The position numbers and the translations under genes are program-made. Under the pieces are notes generated by a model. That model was not told the DNA's origin, did not search any database, and saw only the letters and a list, made by a program, of their open reading frames with translations. From an uncultured Candidatus Saccharibacteria bacterium (GTDB taxonomy: Bacteria; Patescibacteriota; Saccharimonadia; Saccharimonadales; JAGQNK01), in assembly GCA_964573155.1 (NCBI GenBank), contig CAZNIN010000003.1, forward strand, positions 1 to 45,164: a stretch of 45,164 bases of DNA. The letters run 5' to 3'. Shown in pieces: positions 15,642 through 25,960 of the stretch; positions within the stretch are counted from its first letter, which is position 1; each line of letters starts with the position of its first letter.

Positions 15642-16310
15642 TTATGCAAACGACAAATCTTTGAAATTATCTTCTCCGATACTTTGAATGAGTTTTTCTC
15701 TGTCAATAACGTATTCTCGTCCCTTGTACTTTAGCACGCCATTTTTCTTCAACTTAACCAGTTCTGCCGCAGTGGTTTCACGCGTCAGGCCGATAAGATC
15801 TGCGACCATTTGCTGCGTCAATTGGATATTGACCCGTATAATTCCCGGTTTTATTTCATCTCCGTAAACTTGAACTAGATAATACAAAGTATACAAAACT
15901 TTGTCGGAAGCTTTGGGCTGCTCAAGAGCAGTGATACGCATGAGTGAGCCAGCGTATTTACTTAGGTAGTGCGAAGCAACGACTTGGAGCGCCTTGGGGT
16001 TTGAGTGTATGTATTCTTCAAACGCTTCACGTGACATAACATACATTTCGCCATCTGTCTGAGCTTCATAATAATAAAAAGCCGAGGCAACTTTTTTAAA
16101 TGACCATGTGGTCGGGAACATATCGCCAGCGCGCTTAAAGGCCGCTATCCGTTCGTCGCCCTGTGCGGTAATGTTATACAACTTGATAATGCCGGACTTT
16201 ACCATGTAGACATTTCTCGGCACTTCGCCTTGGTATATCAAAATGTTACCCTGTTTAAACTTTTTGGTCATCAGGGTGCTCAAAAACGGCTGGAACGCTT
16301 CCTCTAGCAA
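15642..16310 (-). CDS. Crp/Fnr-family transcriptional regulator (no Fnr-type Cys cluster)
   Basis: A cNMP-binding-like beta-barrel (FKQGNILIYQGEVPRNVYMVKSGIIKLY) plus a C-terminal HTH (QQMVADLIGLTRETTAAELVKLKKNGVL). The TTG start at 16310 is preceded by GAGGGAG. No cysteines occur in the N-terminal region. Confidence 0.8.
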   Translation of the reverse strand: MLEEAFQPFLSTLMTKKFKQGNILIYQGEVPRNVYMVKSGIIKLYNITAQGDERIAAFKRAGDMFPTTWSFKKVASAFYYYEAQTDGEMYVMSREAFEEYIHSNPKALQVVASHYLSKYAGSLMRITALEQPKASDKVLYTLYYLVQVYGDEIKPGIIRVNIQLTQQMVADLIGLTRETTAAELVKLKKNGVLKYKGREYVIDREKLIQSIGEDNFKDLSFA

Positions 16311-16472
16311 ATACTATCTCCCTCGTTTGCTTGGCGATATACCTATTGTATAGCATACGAACCTGAAAGTCTGCTTGCCCAATCATGTACTATGCTAAAT
16401 TGTAATGTTTTTTACAGTTATTACTGCCATCTGCCGGTACGATAGATCGTAGTTACATAAAAGGAGGCATAC

Positions 16473-16607
16473 ATGATATTGTCGGAACCAGAACGAGATC
16501 GTAAGATTAACGATTTTTTGAACAGAAAGTTTAGGGAGTTCAACATAGACGATAACGAACCGACGATCCATGAGATACGATCATTTGGTAACCTCCGAAG
16601 CATATAG
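16473..16607 (+). CDS. candidate 44-aa small protein (below the ORF-track cutoff)
   Basis: The ATG at 16473 is preceded by AAAGGAGG (16460-16467) with a 5-nt spacer. It translates to MILSEPERDRKINDFLNRKFREFNIDDNEPTIHEIRSFGNLRSI. It lies in an otherwise empty 360-nt intergenic region. Confidence 0.35.
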   Translation: MILSEPERDRKINDFLNRKFREFNIDDNEPTIHEIRSFGNLRSI

Positions 16608-16673
16608 TTTTGCTGCTTCTTAAGATGTGTACATTCTTTTAATAGATAATGATTTAAATAATCGAGTAGGAAT

Positions 16674-16958
16674 ATGTGGTTAAGTTTATTATTGTGGTCC
16701 GTTATTGGTGTTTTGAGCGGATGGGTGGGCTTTTTGGCGAGTAGATCGCACAAAACGAAGAGAGCGCAGCCCTATCTACTCGTAGGCGCCGGAGGAGGAT
16801 TAGTTGGAGGTACCTCAGCAGAGGCGCTAGGATTATCAGAGACTGCAGCAAGCCCGCTTGATCCTGTAAGTGCGTTTAACGCATTACTCTTTTCCGGATT
16901 ATTTATCATTCTCTATATTGGAATTGTCCTACTACTAAGAAAGACGGAGTCAAAATAG
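16674..16958 (+). CDS. GlsB/YeaQ/YmgE-family small membrane protein
   Basis: WLSLLLWSVIGVLSGWVGFLAS...LLVGAGGGLVGG...FSGLFIILYIGIVLLL fits the transglycosylase-associated (YeaQ) family pattern. Confidence 0.6.
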   Translation: MWLSLLLWSVIGVLSGWVGFLASRSHKTKRAQPYLLVGAGGGLVGGTSAEALGLSETAASPLDPVSAFNALLFSGLFIILYIGIVLLLRKTESK

Positions 16959-16963
16959 ATATC

Positions 16964-17233
16964 TTAGTGAATAGTACGTGACTCAAGTGCAAGTCTTCGC
17001 TTCGCTGAAATAATTTCATACGATATTATAGCTAGGAAGGTCAAGCCAACGACACATGCTTCAAATAAGTGCGATGTGTTATGGAGCAAGAGATATCCAC
17101 CAGAGACCAGCATAGCACCGGTGAGAAAGTAAGCAATATATAGCTTAGACATTGACGGCTTGAGAAACGCAATACTCGCCGCAAAGATACTTCCTAGGGC
17201 GACAATAATATGCATTACGAGTACCATAAGCAT
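16964..17233 (-). CDS. 89-aa three-helix membrane protein co-transcribed downstream of cyoE
   Basis: A hydrophobic ORF 18 nt downstream of the cyoE stop on the same strand. I recognise no family. Confidence 0.5.
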   Translation of the reverse strand: MLMVLVMHIIVALGSIFAASIAFLKPSMSKLYIAYFLTGAMLVSGGYLLLHNTSHLFEACVVGLTFLAIISYEIISAKRRLALESRTIH

Positions 17234-17251
17234 AAGTATACATCATAAATG

Positions 17252-18121
17252 TCAGGGCAACCATGCGTCTACGGATATCAGCAAAGAAAATACCAACAAA
17301 ACTACAAGAGAATGCCTAAACACTTTTCGCCCCCAATCGTCATTGTTCTTGATGGCTAAACCCTTAGCGCCAAGCCACACCCAGTACAAGCACAGGGCTG
17401 TCATGCAGAGCAGATACGTATAGCCTACATACCCAGCAACTGGAAGCGCCAAAATAGCGAGCGTAAAAGCCACAAGATACAGCAATATTTGTCTCTTAGT
17501 ATGATCAATTCCCTTTACAACAGAAATTACTGGCACACCAGCAGCTTTGTATTCCTGCCGTCTGTATACTGCTATCGCGTAAAACTCCGGCATCTGCCAA
17601 AGAAAAAGAATTACGAACAGAATTAATGCCCCCAGATCAATCCTATCCACAACCGCTACATAACCAGCAAGAATCGGGGCTGCGCCCGATACACTGCCAA
17701 CCAATGTTCCATGTATCGACATTCGCTTGGACAACATGCCATACAATACGACATACGTTACAAAACCTAGTAATCCAATTACTACGACAAGCACGTTAAC
17801 CCATACATACAAGATCATCGTTCCGACAATACCCAATACAACAGAAAATATCACCGCACCAACACCACTCACCTCTCCAGCTATAAGCGGTCGTTTTTTG
17901 GTACGTTCCATTTTTTTATCGATATCCTGATCCAGGTAGTTATTCATGACGCAGGCCGAGGCTATGACCAAACTCGTACCTATAATGACGGAAATAAACA
18001 ACAACCAATCAACATTCCCTCGGCTTGCTAGCAAAAATCCGGCTGCAGCAGTCAGTACATTGCCATACAGCACACCGGGTTTGGTCAGTCGATAATACGC
18101 GCTGATTTTAGTTCTGTTCAA
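17252..18121 (-). CDS. cyoE: protoheme IX farnesyltransferase (heme O synthase)
   Basis: YYRLTKPGVLYGNVLTAAAGFLLASRG closely parallels the E. coli CyoE N-terminus. It contains the UbiA-family motif NNYLDQDIDKKMERT. The TTG start overlaps the cyoD stop (TTGA). Confidence 0.9.
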   Translation of the reverse strand: MNRTKISAYYRLTKPGVLYGNVLTAAAGFLLASRGNVDWLLFISVIIGTSLVIASACVMNNYLDQDIDKKMERTKKRPLIAGEVSGVGAVIFSVVLGIVGTMILYVWVNVLVVVIGLLGFVTYVVLYGMLSKRMSIHGTLVGSVSGAAPILAGYVAVVDRIDLGALILFVILFLWQMPEFYAIAVYRRQEYKAAGVPVISVVKGIDHTKRQILLYLVAFTLAILALPVAGYVGYTYLLCMTALCLYWVWLGAKGLAIKNNDDWGRKVFRHSLVVLLVFSLLISVDAWLP

Positions 18122-18492
18122 AAGCCTCTGTTACTTTCTTTTAGCATGTATTCGTTAACTTCATGTGGCGGCATTTCGGGCATCATATTGTAGTTCAAAT
18201 TGTGCATAATCCATAAGCTACCAATGACGATAATCAATAAAATCGAGCCCATAAACAGAAAAGTCCATAGGTTCCAGCGCGGCTTCGACTCGTCGCCAAG
18301 GTGAAGAAAGAAATACAACTGCACCGTAACCTGCAGTAATGCCAAAACCGTAATATAGGTGATAAGTTCATTGCGAGACAACATCTGATTGACGACAGCT
18401 ATGTATGCCGCGATCGTCAAAATTACTGACCAGCAAAAGCCCATGATATACATCCTGAGCGTCGTATTGAGTTTATGTCGTGTGCTGGTCAT
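18118..18492 (-). CDS. cyoD: cytochrome o ubiquinol oxidase subunit IV
   Basis: Three TM helices, with YIMGFCWSVILTIAAYIAVV typical of CyoD. There is an ATGA overlap with cyoC, and the operon position fits. Confidence 0.85.
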   Translation of the reverse strand: MTSTRHKLNTTLRMYIMGFCWSVILTIAAYIAVVNQMLSRNELITYITVLALLQVTVQLYFFLHLGDESKPRWNLWTFLFMGSILLIIVIGSLWIMHNLNYNMMPEMPPHEVNEYMLKESNRGF

Positions 18493-19073
18493 TTTACCGC
18501 TCCCAAAAGGTACACGAATGTAAATATGAATATCCAGATAACGTCCAGAAAGTGCCAGAACATACCCAGCATCGCCAGCCTCTTCTTCACGGTATCACCA
18601 AAGTCACCACGAAGCATCCGTACAAGTAATATGACCCCCCAGATAATACCGGCAAGAATATGCAGACCATGTGTACCAACAAGCGTAAAGAAAGCGGACA
18701 AAAATGCACTCTCTCGCCAGCTATAGCCTTCATGTACGAGCTCTTTGAACTCGTACAACTCCATACTCAAGAAGAATACCCCGAGCAGAACCGTTAGCAC
18801 CGTCCAGACCATAGCTTGTCTATCTTTACCTAGTCTTGCTGTCAAAACCGCCAATCCGATCGTAAAGCTACTGGTGAGCAGCACGATTGTTTCAGTTAGC
18901 ACGAATGGTAGGCTGAACAACTCTCCGCCGGACGGACCGCCAGCAACATTATTTCTGAGCACCGCAAACGTGGCGAATAGACTGGCGAACAATAGACAAT
19001 CCGTCATCAGATACACCCATAAGCCAAATGTGGATTTATCATCGACGTGATGCCTGGTAATTATCTGGCTCAT
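18489..19073 (-). CDS. cyoC: cytochrome o ubiquinol oxidase subunit III
   Basis: [21 protein letters not shown] parallels E. coli CyoC ([21 protein letters not shown]). There is an ATGA overlap with cyoB. Confidence 0.9.
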   Translation of the reverse strand: MSQIITRHHVDDKSTFGLWVYLMTDCLLFASLFATFAVLRNNVAGGPSGGELFSLPFVLTETIVLLTSSFTIGLAVLTARLGKDRQAMVWTVLTVLLGVFFLSMELYEFKELVHEGYSWRESAFLSAFFTLVGTHGLHILAGIIWGVILLVRMLRGDFGDTVKKRLAMLGMFWHFLDVIWIFIFTFVYLLGAVK

Positions 19074-21034
19074 GCGTATTGTTTCCTGTTTGCTTTATCA
19101 AGCTTAGCGAGTTCTTCCGCTGATATGACATACTCCGTATTCTCACTGGTAAGACGGATTATCAACAATGTAACGACTGCAAGCAGTGCCGCAACGCTAA
19201 GCCACCATATGTGCCACACAACAGCGAAGCCGAAGGTTAGGCTCGCCGCAGCGATGAACACACCCATGCCACTATTTTTTGGCAGGTGTATGTCTCTGTA
19301 CTGTGGCTTGGATTCTTTTTGCTTTTTTTGCTTTTGGGCCCAGAACTCATCACGTTCAGTAACGTGGGGTGTAATCGCAAAATTATAAAATGGTGCCGGA
19401 GAAGTAGTTGACCACTCGAGCGTTCGTCCATCCCACGGATCCCCGCTTCTGTCAGGATTTTCCTTGCGCTTCCATATGCCATGAGCGACCTGCAGCAGCT
19501 GCAAGCCGATGCCTGCAACTATAACGAGTGCTCCGATGGCCGCAACTATAAAGAGGGACTGCCAGCCGTTACCCGCATCATAATGATCCAAACGCCGAGT
19601 AGCACCCATAAGACCTAGGATATATAACGGCCCAAAAGCTAAGGCAAAGCCAATGACCCAGCACCAGGCAGCTGCTTTGCCTATTAACTCATTAAGCTTA
19701 AAGCCGGTAACTTTCGGAAACCAATATGCAAGTCCTGCAAAGTATCCAAATACTACGCCGCCAATAATCATATTGTGAAAATGCGCCACTAGAAACAGGC
19801 TATTATGGACCTGAAAATCTATACCAGGAACCGCTAGTAGCACTCCTGTCAGACCACCAATCGTAAACGTATAAATAAATCCCATAAACCATACCATTGG
19901 CGAAGTGAATGATATGCGTCCGCGGAACATTGTAAACAACCAGTTGAATACTTTTACGCCGGTTGGTATAGCAATAACCATCGTCATAATGCCAAAAAAA
20001 GCGTTTACGTTCGCACCAGCACCCATTGTAAAGAAATGATGTAACCAAACAATGAATGACAGAAAAGCAATTGCCGATAGTGCGAAAACCATTGTGCCAT
20101 ATCCAAATAGCCGCTTACGCGAGAAAACCGGTACAATTTCCGAAAAGATACCGAACGCCGGAAGAATTAGAATATATACCTCCGGATGACCCCATGCCCA
20201 AATCAGATTAATGTACATCATCGGATTTCCCCCATGCGTCGATGTAAAAAAATGCATTCCCATGGTCCTGTCCAGCGCCAACATGGCTAATGTCGCTGTC
20301 AATATTGGAAACGCAAACAGTATCATCACCATAGTAATAAGAACACTCCAAACAAATACTGGCATTTTCATGAGTGACATGCCTGGCGCACGCATCTTAA
20401 TGATCGTCACAAAAAAATTCACGCCGGACAACAAACTGCCGATACCAGCTATCTGCAGTGCCCAAATCCAGTAATCAACACCAACCCCTGGACTATACTC
20501 GAGACCGGAAAGCGGCGGATATGCCAACCAGCCAGCTGTAGAAAATTCACCGATTACTAACGATATATTTATGAGCATCATGCCCACAGCAAACAGCCAA
20601 AAGCTGACTGAATTCATGAAAGGAAATGCCACATCACGCGCTCCAATCTGAAGCGGCAAAATGAGATTAATAATACCAAACATCAACCCCATCGCCACAA
20701 AGAAAATCATGATCGTACCGTGCGCAGAAAAGACTTGCTGGAACGTATCGGACGACACGATTCCACTTGCATCGCCAGAAGCCAATGCTTGCTGCGTCCG
20801 CATCATGAGCGCATCTGCAACACCTCGTAACAACATGAGAACCGCGACAACTATATACATAATGCCGATTTTTTTGTGATCTAATGACGTCAGCCACTCG
20901 CGCCATAGCCACCCAAGTTTTTTGAAGTACAGCAGCAGGACCAGTATACCTACAGCCGAGAGTGTCATCATTACTGCACCACCAATTGTAATTGGATCGT
21001 CCGGTAATGCGCTTAAACTAAGTCGTCCTAGCAT
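19070..21034 (-). CDS. cyoB: cytochrome o ubiquinol oxidase subunit I (heme-copper oxidase catalytic subunit)
   Basis: Carries the heme-copper oxidase signature [22 protein letters not shown], the HHFFTMG motif and about 14-15 TM helices over 654 aa. Confidence 0.95.
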   Translation of the reverse strand: MLGRLSLSALPDDPITIGGAVMMTLSAVGILVLLLYFKKLGWLWREWLTSLDHKKIGIMYIVVAVLMLLRGVADALMMRTQQALASGDASGIVSSDTFQQVFSAHGTIMIFFVAMGLMFGIINLILPLQIGARDVAFPFMNSVSFWLFAVGMMLINISLVIGEFSTAGWLAYPPLSGLEYSPGVGVDYWIWALQIAGIGSLLSGVNFFVTIIKMRAPGMSLMKMPVFVWSVLITMVMILFAFPILTATLAMLALDRTMGMHFFTSTHGGNPMMYINLIWAWGHPEVYILILPAFGIFSEIVPVFSRKRLFGYGTMVFALSAIAFLSFIVWLHHFFTMGAGANVNAFFGIMTMVIAIPTGVKVFNWLFTMFRGRISFTSPMVWFMGFIYTFTIGGLTGVLLAVPGIDFQVHNSLFLVAHFHNMIIGGVVFGYFAGLAYWFPKVTGFKLNELIGKAAAWCWVIGFALAFGPLYILGLMGATRRLDHYDAGNGWQSLFIVAAIGALVIVAGIGLQLLQVAHGIWKRKENPDRSGDPWDGRTLEWSTTSPAPFYNFAITPHVTERDEFWAQKQKKQKESKPQYRDIHLPKNSGMGVFIAAASLTFGFAVVWHIWWLSVAALLAVVTLLIIRLTSENTEYVISAEELAKLDKANRKQYA

Positions 21035-21041
21035 ATATCCC

Positions 21042-21965
21042 CTAGTGCTGGTGCCCGCTACTTACATCATGATCATCGTGCGCCTGTTCTGGCGTTTTTT
21101 CTTGATGAGCATGGTCCATATATTTCATAACTATCGTATCATACAAACCTTGGTCGGTGGATGCATACGTCACAACTGGATGCTTCATGGAGGGTTGCAC
21201 TAACTTAGCGTACTCGACGTGGTCCAGGATGCCCTTACCCTTTTTGACCGAGTTCACCCACTTGTCGAACTCATCATAGGTTGACGAGCGAGCCTTAAAT
21301 TTCATGCTAGCAAATCCTTCGCCACTAATGTTTGCCGACATGCCGTCATACTCCCCTATCTCATGAGCCTGCAAATGCAGCTTCGTAACCATGCCGTTCA
21401 TAGCATAAATCTGCCCCCCAAGCTTCGGAATCCAAAATGAGTTCATGGGCGCATCGGCTGTAATCTCAAAATTCAGCGGTGTATGCTCGGGAAATTGTAT
21501 ATAATTCACAGTTGCAATATTCTGCTCAGGATAGATGAATAACCACTTCCACTGGAGCGCAACCACCTGGATAGTAACAGGGTTCTTATCGGACTCGAGC
21601 GCTCGATAAGGATCAAGCTCATGAGTACTTCGCCAAGTTACAACCGACAATATCAAAATAATAATCACTGGGATACCCCACCATATTGCCTCTAGCCAAT
21701 GATTCTTGTCCCACTCGGGCTTGTACGCAGCCTTTTTATTGCCTTCTCGATATCTCCATGCAAATAAAGCTGTCATCACAAAAACCGGAATAATCACCAC
21801 CATACCCAGCAGCGTTGCGAAGACCAACAGATTCCGTTGTTTATCACCTATCGTACCGCTTGGGTTAAGAATTGCAATATCATGTGTGCGGACAAAATTT
21901 ACAAGCAAGACACCCGCGACTAGTACAAACAGTAGGGGCAACAATATTCGTAGTTTTTTATTCAT
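21042..21965 (-). CDS. cyoA: cytochrome o ubiquinol oxidase subunit II (quinol-type, no CuA ligands)
   Basis: [60 protein letters not shown] parallels E. coli CyoA and lacks the CuA Cys/His motif. The preferred start is ATG 21965 ([14 protein letters not shown]). The C-terminal tail is His-rich ([23 protein letters not shown]). Confidence 0.9.
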   Translation of the reverse strand: MNKKLRILLPLLFVLVAGVLLVNFVRTHDIAILNPSGTIGDKQRNLLVFATLLGMVVIIPVFVMTALFAWRYREGNKKAAYKPEWDKNHWLEAIWWGIPVIIILILSVVTWRSTHELDPYRALESDKNPVTIQVVALQWKWLFIYPEQNIATVNYIQFPEHTPLNFEITADAPMNSFWIPKLGGQIYAMNGMVTKLHLQAHEIGEYDGMSANISGEGFASMKFKARSSTYDEFDKWVNSVKKGKGILDHVEYAKLVQPSMKHPVVTYASTDQGLYDTIVMKYMDHAHQEKTPEQAHDDHDVSSGHQH

Positions 21966-22068
21966 AACGCTTACTCTCAAGCATACCATAAGCAAGTTAC
22001 TAAAAAGCAGTATCTGATGCATGCGTCAGTGTGTTACATTTAAAACATAACTAACAAGGATGCTCACT

Positions 22069-22608
22069 ATGGCAAAGAAACAAACAATAAGTCACACAGG
22101 CATACGTGCATGGGCACTGTTACGGATTGGAATAGGCGTAACTTTTTTGTGGGCGTTTTTCGATAAACTAGCAGGTCTTGGGTTTTCAACTTGTCGCGAT
22201 GCCGCAACTAATTCTGTCACAACTATGTGTTCAAAAGCTTGGGTCGAAGGTGGCTCGCCGACACTCGGTTTTCTAAAGTTTGGTACAAAAGGACCATTCG
22301 CTGAATTTTACCAAGGTCTTGCTGGCAATCCAGCTGTTGACTGGCTCTTTATGCTCGGCTTATTACTCATCGGTGTCGCCCTCATTCTAGGTATTGGTGT
22401 TCGATTAGCTACTGCCACCGGCTCGTTACTACTTTTCATGATGTGGACGGCAGCGCTACCGCCGGAGAATAATCCTGTCATTGACGACCATATAATCTAT
22501 ATTCTTGTACTAGCTGGCATCTATCGGACAAAAGACCAGCAGGCATGGGGACTTGGTGGCTGGTGGTCCAAACAAGCAGTCGTCAAGAAGTATCCGATCC
22601 TTCAGTAG
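22069..22608 (+). CDS. DoxX-family membrane protein
   Basis: LLRIGIGVTFLWAFFDKL...LLLIGVALILGIGVRLATATGSLLLFMMW fits the DoxX family pattern. It is divergent from cyoA. Confidence 0.7.
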   Translation: MAKKQTISHTGIRAWALLRIGIGVTFLWAFFDKLAGLGFSTCRDAATNSVTTMCSKAWVEGGSPTLGFLKFGTKGPFAEFYQGLAGNPAVDWLFMLGLLLIGVALILGIGVRLATATGSLLLFMMWTAALPPENNPVIDDHIIYILVLAGIYRTKDQQAWGLGGWWSKQAVVKKYPILQ

Positions 22609-22645
22609 GAGCATATCTGGAAAAAGCCCGGTTATTTCCGTTTAT

Positions 22646-24319
22646 CTAGAAATTTTTCCGGAAATGTTTAGTGGTGTATGCCCAGGTAGCTTCGGTCTTC
22701 TTGTTTGGATTAAAAATCCCTTTTGCATCAAAGATACTTTTAAGCTCCTTGAAATATCCAGTCACTTTCTCACCGTACATCTGTTCCAGCCAAGGGCCCC
22801 TGATTAACCCATCATTATGCTCACCGCTCAGAGACCCACCATAGCTGAGCACCAGCTCATTGACTTCCTTCATGGCAGGCAAGATCGTATCACGCTCGAT
22901 CTTGTTCTCGATATTCATGAGCGGGATAATATGGAAGTTTCCATCACCCATATGTCCGGCTATGGTTGCAAATAGCTTGTACTTTTTGATGATTTTGCGA
23001 ATTTTTGGCAAAAATTCTGCCAAGTGCTCAGGGTTCACTACGAGGTCATCAATAAATGGTGCCGTGTGCTTGTCCTTAACTTTGCTACGTAAAATCTGAA
23101 AACTATACCGACGCATTATCCAGAACTTTTCACCCTGTCGATCAGTTGGTGCTTCTTCAAAGCCACTAATGCCATAATACGACTGTTTTTCTTCGAGCTC
23201 TAGACGCAGGGCTCTAATTCGCTGCTTGATATCTTCTGGACTGCCCCCCTTTATAGACACCATCAATACAAGACGGGGCACCCCCTTAATGAGGAGCAGG
23301 GCGTCAGGAATCAAGCTAATCAACAAACGAAGAAACTTCCGTGGACCAAGGAACTTCAAAAAGTACGGCATGAAACGAATCGACAGTATAAGTGTGTTGT
23401 CATCAAATGACTCGAAACGCGACGGCTTCTTGTCGGCCACAACCTTAATAAGCTCTCCGAGTCGTTTCATATCTTTGACGAATATCACCAACAACCCCTC
23501 ATCAGACCTCGCACGTGTAACCCGGAATTCGATATCAGTCACCAAGCCAAGAGTGCCTTGTCCCCCGACAATAGCCTTCGTCAAGTCAAAAATCCCTTTT
23601 TCGCGATCCCATACGTCCCACAAGTTATATCCTGTCGCATTTTTACTGACTTTCGGTCTGGCTGCCTTAATTTCCTCATAGTTTTTATCAACCAACTCAA
23701 AGACTCTGCGATATACCTCGCCCTCAAAATCTTTTTGTTTCATTTTATTATCCAGCTCTGACTTATTAAGGGGCCGGACTTTCCTAGCTACCCCATCCGC
23801 AAACACAAATTCAAGCTCATTGACAAAGTTTGCCGCCTGACCAAACTCGATTGATTTTTCACCGCCTGAGTTGTTGCTGACCATACCGCCTACCGTACAA
23901 AGATCTCGAGACGCCGGATACGTTGGCATCAGTACACCCTTTTCCTTGGCACGTGCATCAAAATCACGAAAGTATACGCCAGGTTGCACATGCGCAGCTT
24001 TCTGATCGATACTTTTAATGTTTGTGAAATATTTCTTAAAATCGACAATTACCGATTCATTTATTGCGCCGCCAGACATATCAGTGCCGGCGCTTCGGGC
24101 AGTCAGTGATATATTTTTGATTTTGGACTTGGTTCGATTCGTGACCGCAACAAGACGCTCTACGTCTTTAGTGTGCTTGGGAGCAACAACCACTTCTGGT
24201 CGTATTTCAAACATAGATGCATCGTGACTATACATATCCAAGAGTTCATTTGATGTATCAATATCACCCTCGAAACCAGATTTTTTCAGAGCATCAATAA
24301 ATATCTGTATGTTTGTCAT
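22646..24319 (-). CDS. FAD-linked oxidase/dehydrogenase (GlcD / D-lactate dehydrogenase-like)
   Basis: FAD_binding_4 pattern: VVAPKHTKDVERLVAVTN...SLTARSAGTDMSGGAI. The C-terminus has GGSLSGEHNDGLIRG. The ATG at 24319 (MTNIQIF) is preceded by AGGAGA. The ORF-track N-terminal extension to 24511 overlaps ndh and is rejected. Confidence 0.8.
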   Translation of the reverse strand: MTNIQIFIDALKKSGFEGDIDTSNELLDMYSHDASMFEIRPEVVVAPKHTKDVERLVAVTNRTKSKIKNISLTARSAGTDMSGGAINESVIVDFKKYFTNIKSIDQKAAHVQPGVYFRDFDARAKEKGVLMPTYPASRDLCTVGGMVSNNSGGEKSIEFGQAANFVNELEFVFADGVARKVRPLNKSELDNKMKQKDFEGEVYRRVFELVDKNYEEIKAARPKVSKNATGYNLWDVWDREKGIFDLTKAIVGGQGTLGLVTDIEFRVTRARSDEGLLVIFVKDMKRLGELIKVVADKKPSRFESFDDNTLILSIRFMPYFLKFLGPRKFLRLLISLIPDALLLIKGVPRLVLMVSIKGGSPEDIKQRIRALRLELEEKQSYYGISGFEEAPTDRQGEKFWIMRRYSFQILRSKVKDKHTAPFIDDLVVNPEHLAEFLPKIRKIIKKYKLFATIAGHMGDGNFHIIPLMNIENKIERDTILPAMKEVNELVLSYGGSLSGEHNDGLIRGPWLEQMYGEKVTGYFKELKSIFDAKGIFNPNKKTEATWAYTTKHFRKNF

Positions 24320-24389
24320 TTTTCTCCTATAGGCTTTAGCGATATGGTACCATATCAGAGAAATCTTTAACAGGAGCTGACAAAAAGCT

Positions 24390-25604
24390 TTGAGCAAAAA
24401 GAAAATAGTTATTATTGGAGGCGGTTTCGGCGGCATTAAGGCCGCCCTGGAACTCGTTAACAATCCCGAGTTCCATATAACACTTATCAGTGCGCATCCT
24501 GACTTTCGCATCTATGGCACCTTGTATCGTGTTGCTACTGGGGGCAGTATGAAGGTAGCTAGTGTGCCGCTCGATGAAATCTTTGCTGGAAAGAAGATCG
24601 ATATTATCGTCGATAAAGCAGTCACCCTAGATAGAGAAACACATACCATTACAACCGGCAAAGGTCAGGTTTTTGCCTACAATGCGCTTATTTGTGCGCT
24701 CGGTGTCACAACCAATTATTTTGGCATCAAGGGGCTTGAACAATTTTCATTTGGCATAAAATCACCAGCCGAAGCCGAGGATCTCAAAGAACATTTACAT
24801 AGGCAGCTCACCGAAGACGGCAAACCAGACTTGCACTATGTTGTCGTAGGTGGTGGGCCAACTGGCGTAGAGCTGGCCGGAGCTTTACCATCATACATTA
24901 GAAAAATATGCGAACAACATGGCCTCCCGAAAAGAAAAGTAAAAGTAGACTTGATTGAAGCATCGCCTCGCATTCTGCCGCGTATGCCAAAAGATATATC
25001 ATACGCCGTGAAACGTCATCTCAAAAAAGAAGGTGTTCGAGTTTTAACAAAAAAGGTAGTCCAAGCCCAGACTGCAGAAGCGCTCTTAGTCAACGGCAGA
25101 CCAATCAAAAGCCAAACTGTTATTTGGACTGCGGGCGTGACAAATAACCCATTCTTTACTTCACAAGGATTCCAGCTAGCAGCCAACCGCAAAGTGCGCG
25201 TCGATCAATTCCTGCAAGCAGAGCCAGGGATATACGTAATTGGTGACAATGCCGACACGCCCTATAGTGGCATGGCCCAAGTAGCACTAGAAGATGGCAA
25301 GTATGTAGCGGAAAACCTCCAACGCATTGCACGAGGCGAAGATCCAAAGCCGTATCATGCCAAAAAACCGATCTATGTTATGCCCGCTGGACCTCGCTGG
25401 GCCGCGGTACTGTGGGGCAAATTCCGAATGTACGGCATACTCGGCTGGTGGCTGCGCCGCGCCGCTGATTTCATTGCTTATCATGACTATGAACCATGGC
25501 ACTCTGCGGTGCAGCGTTGGCTCGCTGATGATGACGAGGAAGAAAATTGCGTTACCTGCGATGCCAAACTTGCTCGGGTAATGTATGAGTCAGGCGAAAT
25601 TTAG
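24390..25604 (+). CDS. ndh: type II NADH dehydrogenase (NDH-2)
   Basis: Two dinucleotide-binding motifs are present: KIVIIGGGFGG and YVVVGGGPTGVELAGAL. Length and architecture are typical of NDH-2. The start codon is TTG. Confidence 0.8.
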   Translation: MSKKKIVIIGGGFGGIKAALELVNNPEFHITLISAHPDFRIYGTLYRVATGGSMKVASVPLDEIFAGKKIDIIVDKAVTLDRETHTITTGKGQVFAYNALICALGVTTNYFGIKGLEQFSFGIKSPAEAEDLKEHLHRQLTEDGKPDLHYVVVGGGPTGVELAGALPSYIRKICEQHGLPKRKVKVDLIEASPRILPRMPKDISYAVKRHLKKEGVRVLTKKVVQAQTAEALLVNGRPIKSQTVIWTAGVTNNPFFTSQGFQLAANRKVRVDQFLQAEPGIYVIGDNADTPYSGMAQVALEDGKYVAENLQRIARGEDPKPYHAKKPIYVMPAGPRWAAVLWGKFRMYGILGWWLRRAADFIAYHDYEPWHSAVQRWLADDDEEENCVTCDAKLARVMYESGEI

Positions 25605-25612
25605 CCTCAGCC

Positions 25613-25960
25613 CTAAGGATCAATCCCTTCAGCTCTATGTCGAGGGGCACGGGGCCAGACAATCTTAGCAAATACCACATCTGCATCCAGCCAACCGAAT
25701 TGTCGGCTATCCGCGCTGTCTGCATTATGATCACCAACTACATACACCTTCCTATCTCTGATATCAGCAATGCGTTTGATTTTTTCTTTGCCGTTATGAA
25801 AGAAAATAACTATGTCACCTGGCTGTAGTCGTATAAACCATCTCCAGCCGTACACAAGAGTACCAGGTGGTAACACCGGCAGCATACTATGTCCGCTAAT
25901 TTGTCGTACCGTAAATGGAAACCTACGACTTGGTCGCTTTGAAGATTTCTGCGATATCAT
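25613..25960 (-). CDS. sodX: S26-family nickel-superoxide-dismutase maturation protease
   Basis: A short signal-peptidase-like protein with the Ser motif ISGHSMLP and the Lys motif IKRIADI. It lies immediately downstream of sodN and overlaps it by 38 nt. Confidence 0.8.
   Translation of the reverse strand: MISQKSSKRPSRRFPFTVRQISGHSMLPVLPPGTLVYGWRWFIRLQPGDIVIFFHNGKEKIKRIADIRDRKVYVVGDHNADSADSRQFGWLDADVVFAKIVWPRAPRHRAEGIDP

Noticed and set aside
15642-16310. An Fnr-type direct oxygen sensor controlling the cyo operon.
   Set aside because: The regulator has no N-terminal cysteine cluster for an [4Fe-4S] centre. I also could not find a convincing TTGAT-N4-ATCAA or TGTGA-N6-TCACA palindrome in the cyoA/doxX intergenic region by eye.
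16421-16753. A 110-aa minus-strand ORF in the Crp/YeaQ intergenic region.
   Set aside because: It overlaps the YeaQ-like gene by 80 nt, has no SD sequence, and has an implausible composition. The plus strand holds a better-supported small ORF.
21042-21965. Cytochrome c oxidase (aa3-type) rather than quinol oxidase.
   Set aside because: Subunit II lacks the CuA Cys-x3-Cys/His/Met ligands and aligns block-for-block with E. coli CyoA. No cytochrome c or heme-lyase genes are nearby.
24320-24511. A 64-aa N-terminal extension of the FAD-linked oxidase ORF.
   Set aside because: The extension overlaps the divergent ndh start and its Rossmann motif on the other strand. ATG 24319 has an AGGAGA SD sequence, and the protein family normally starts near MTNIQIF.
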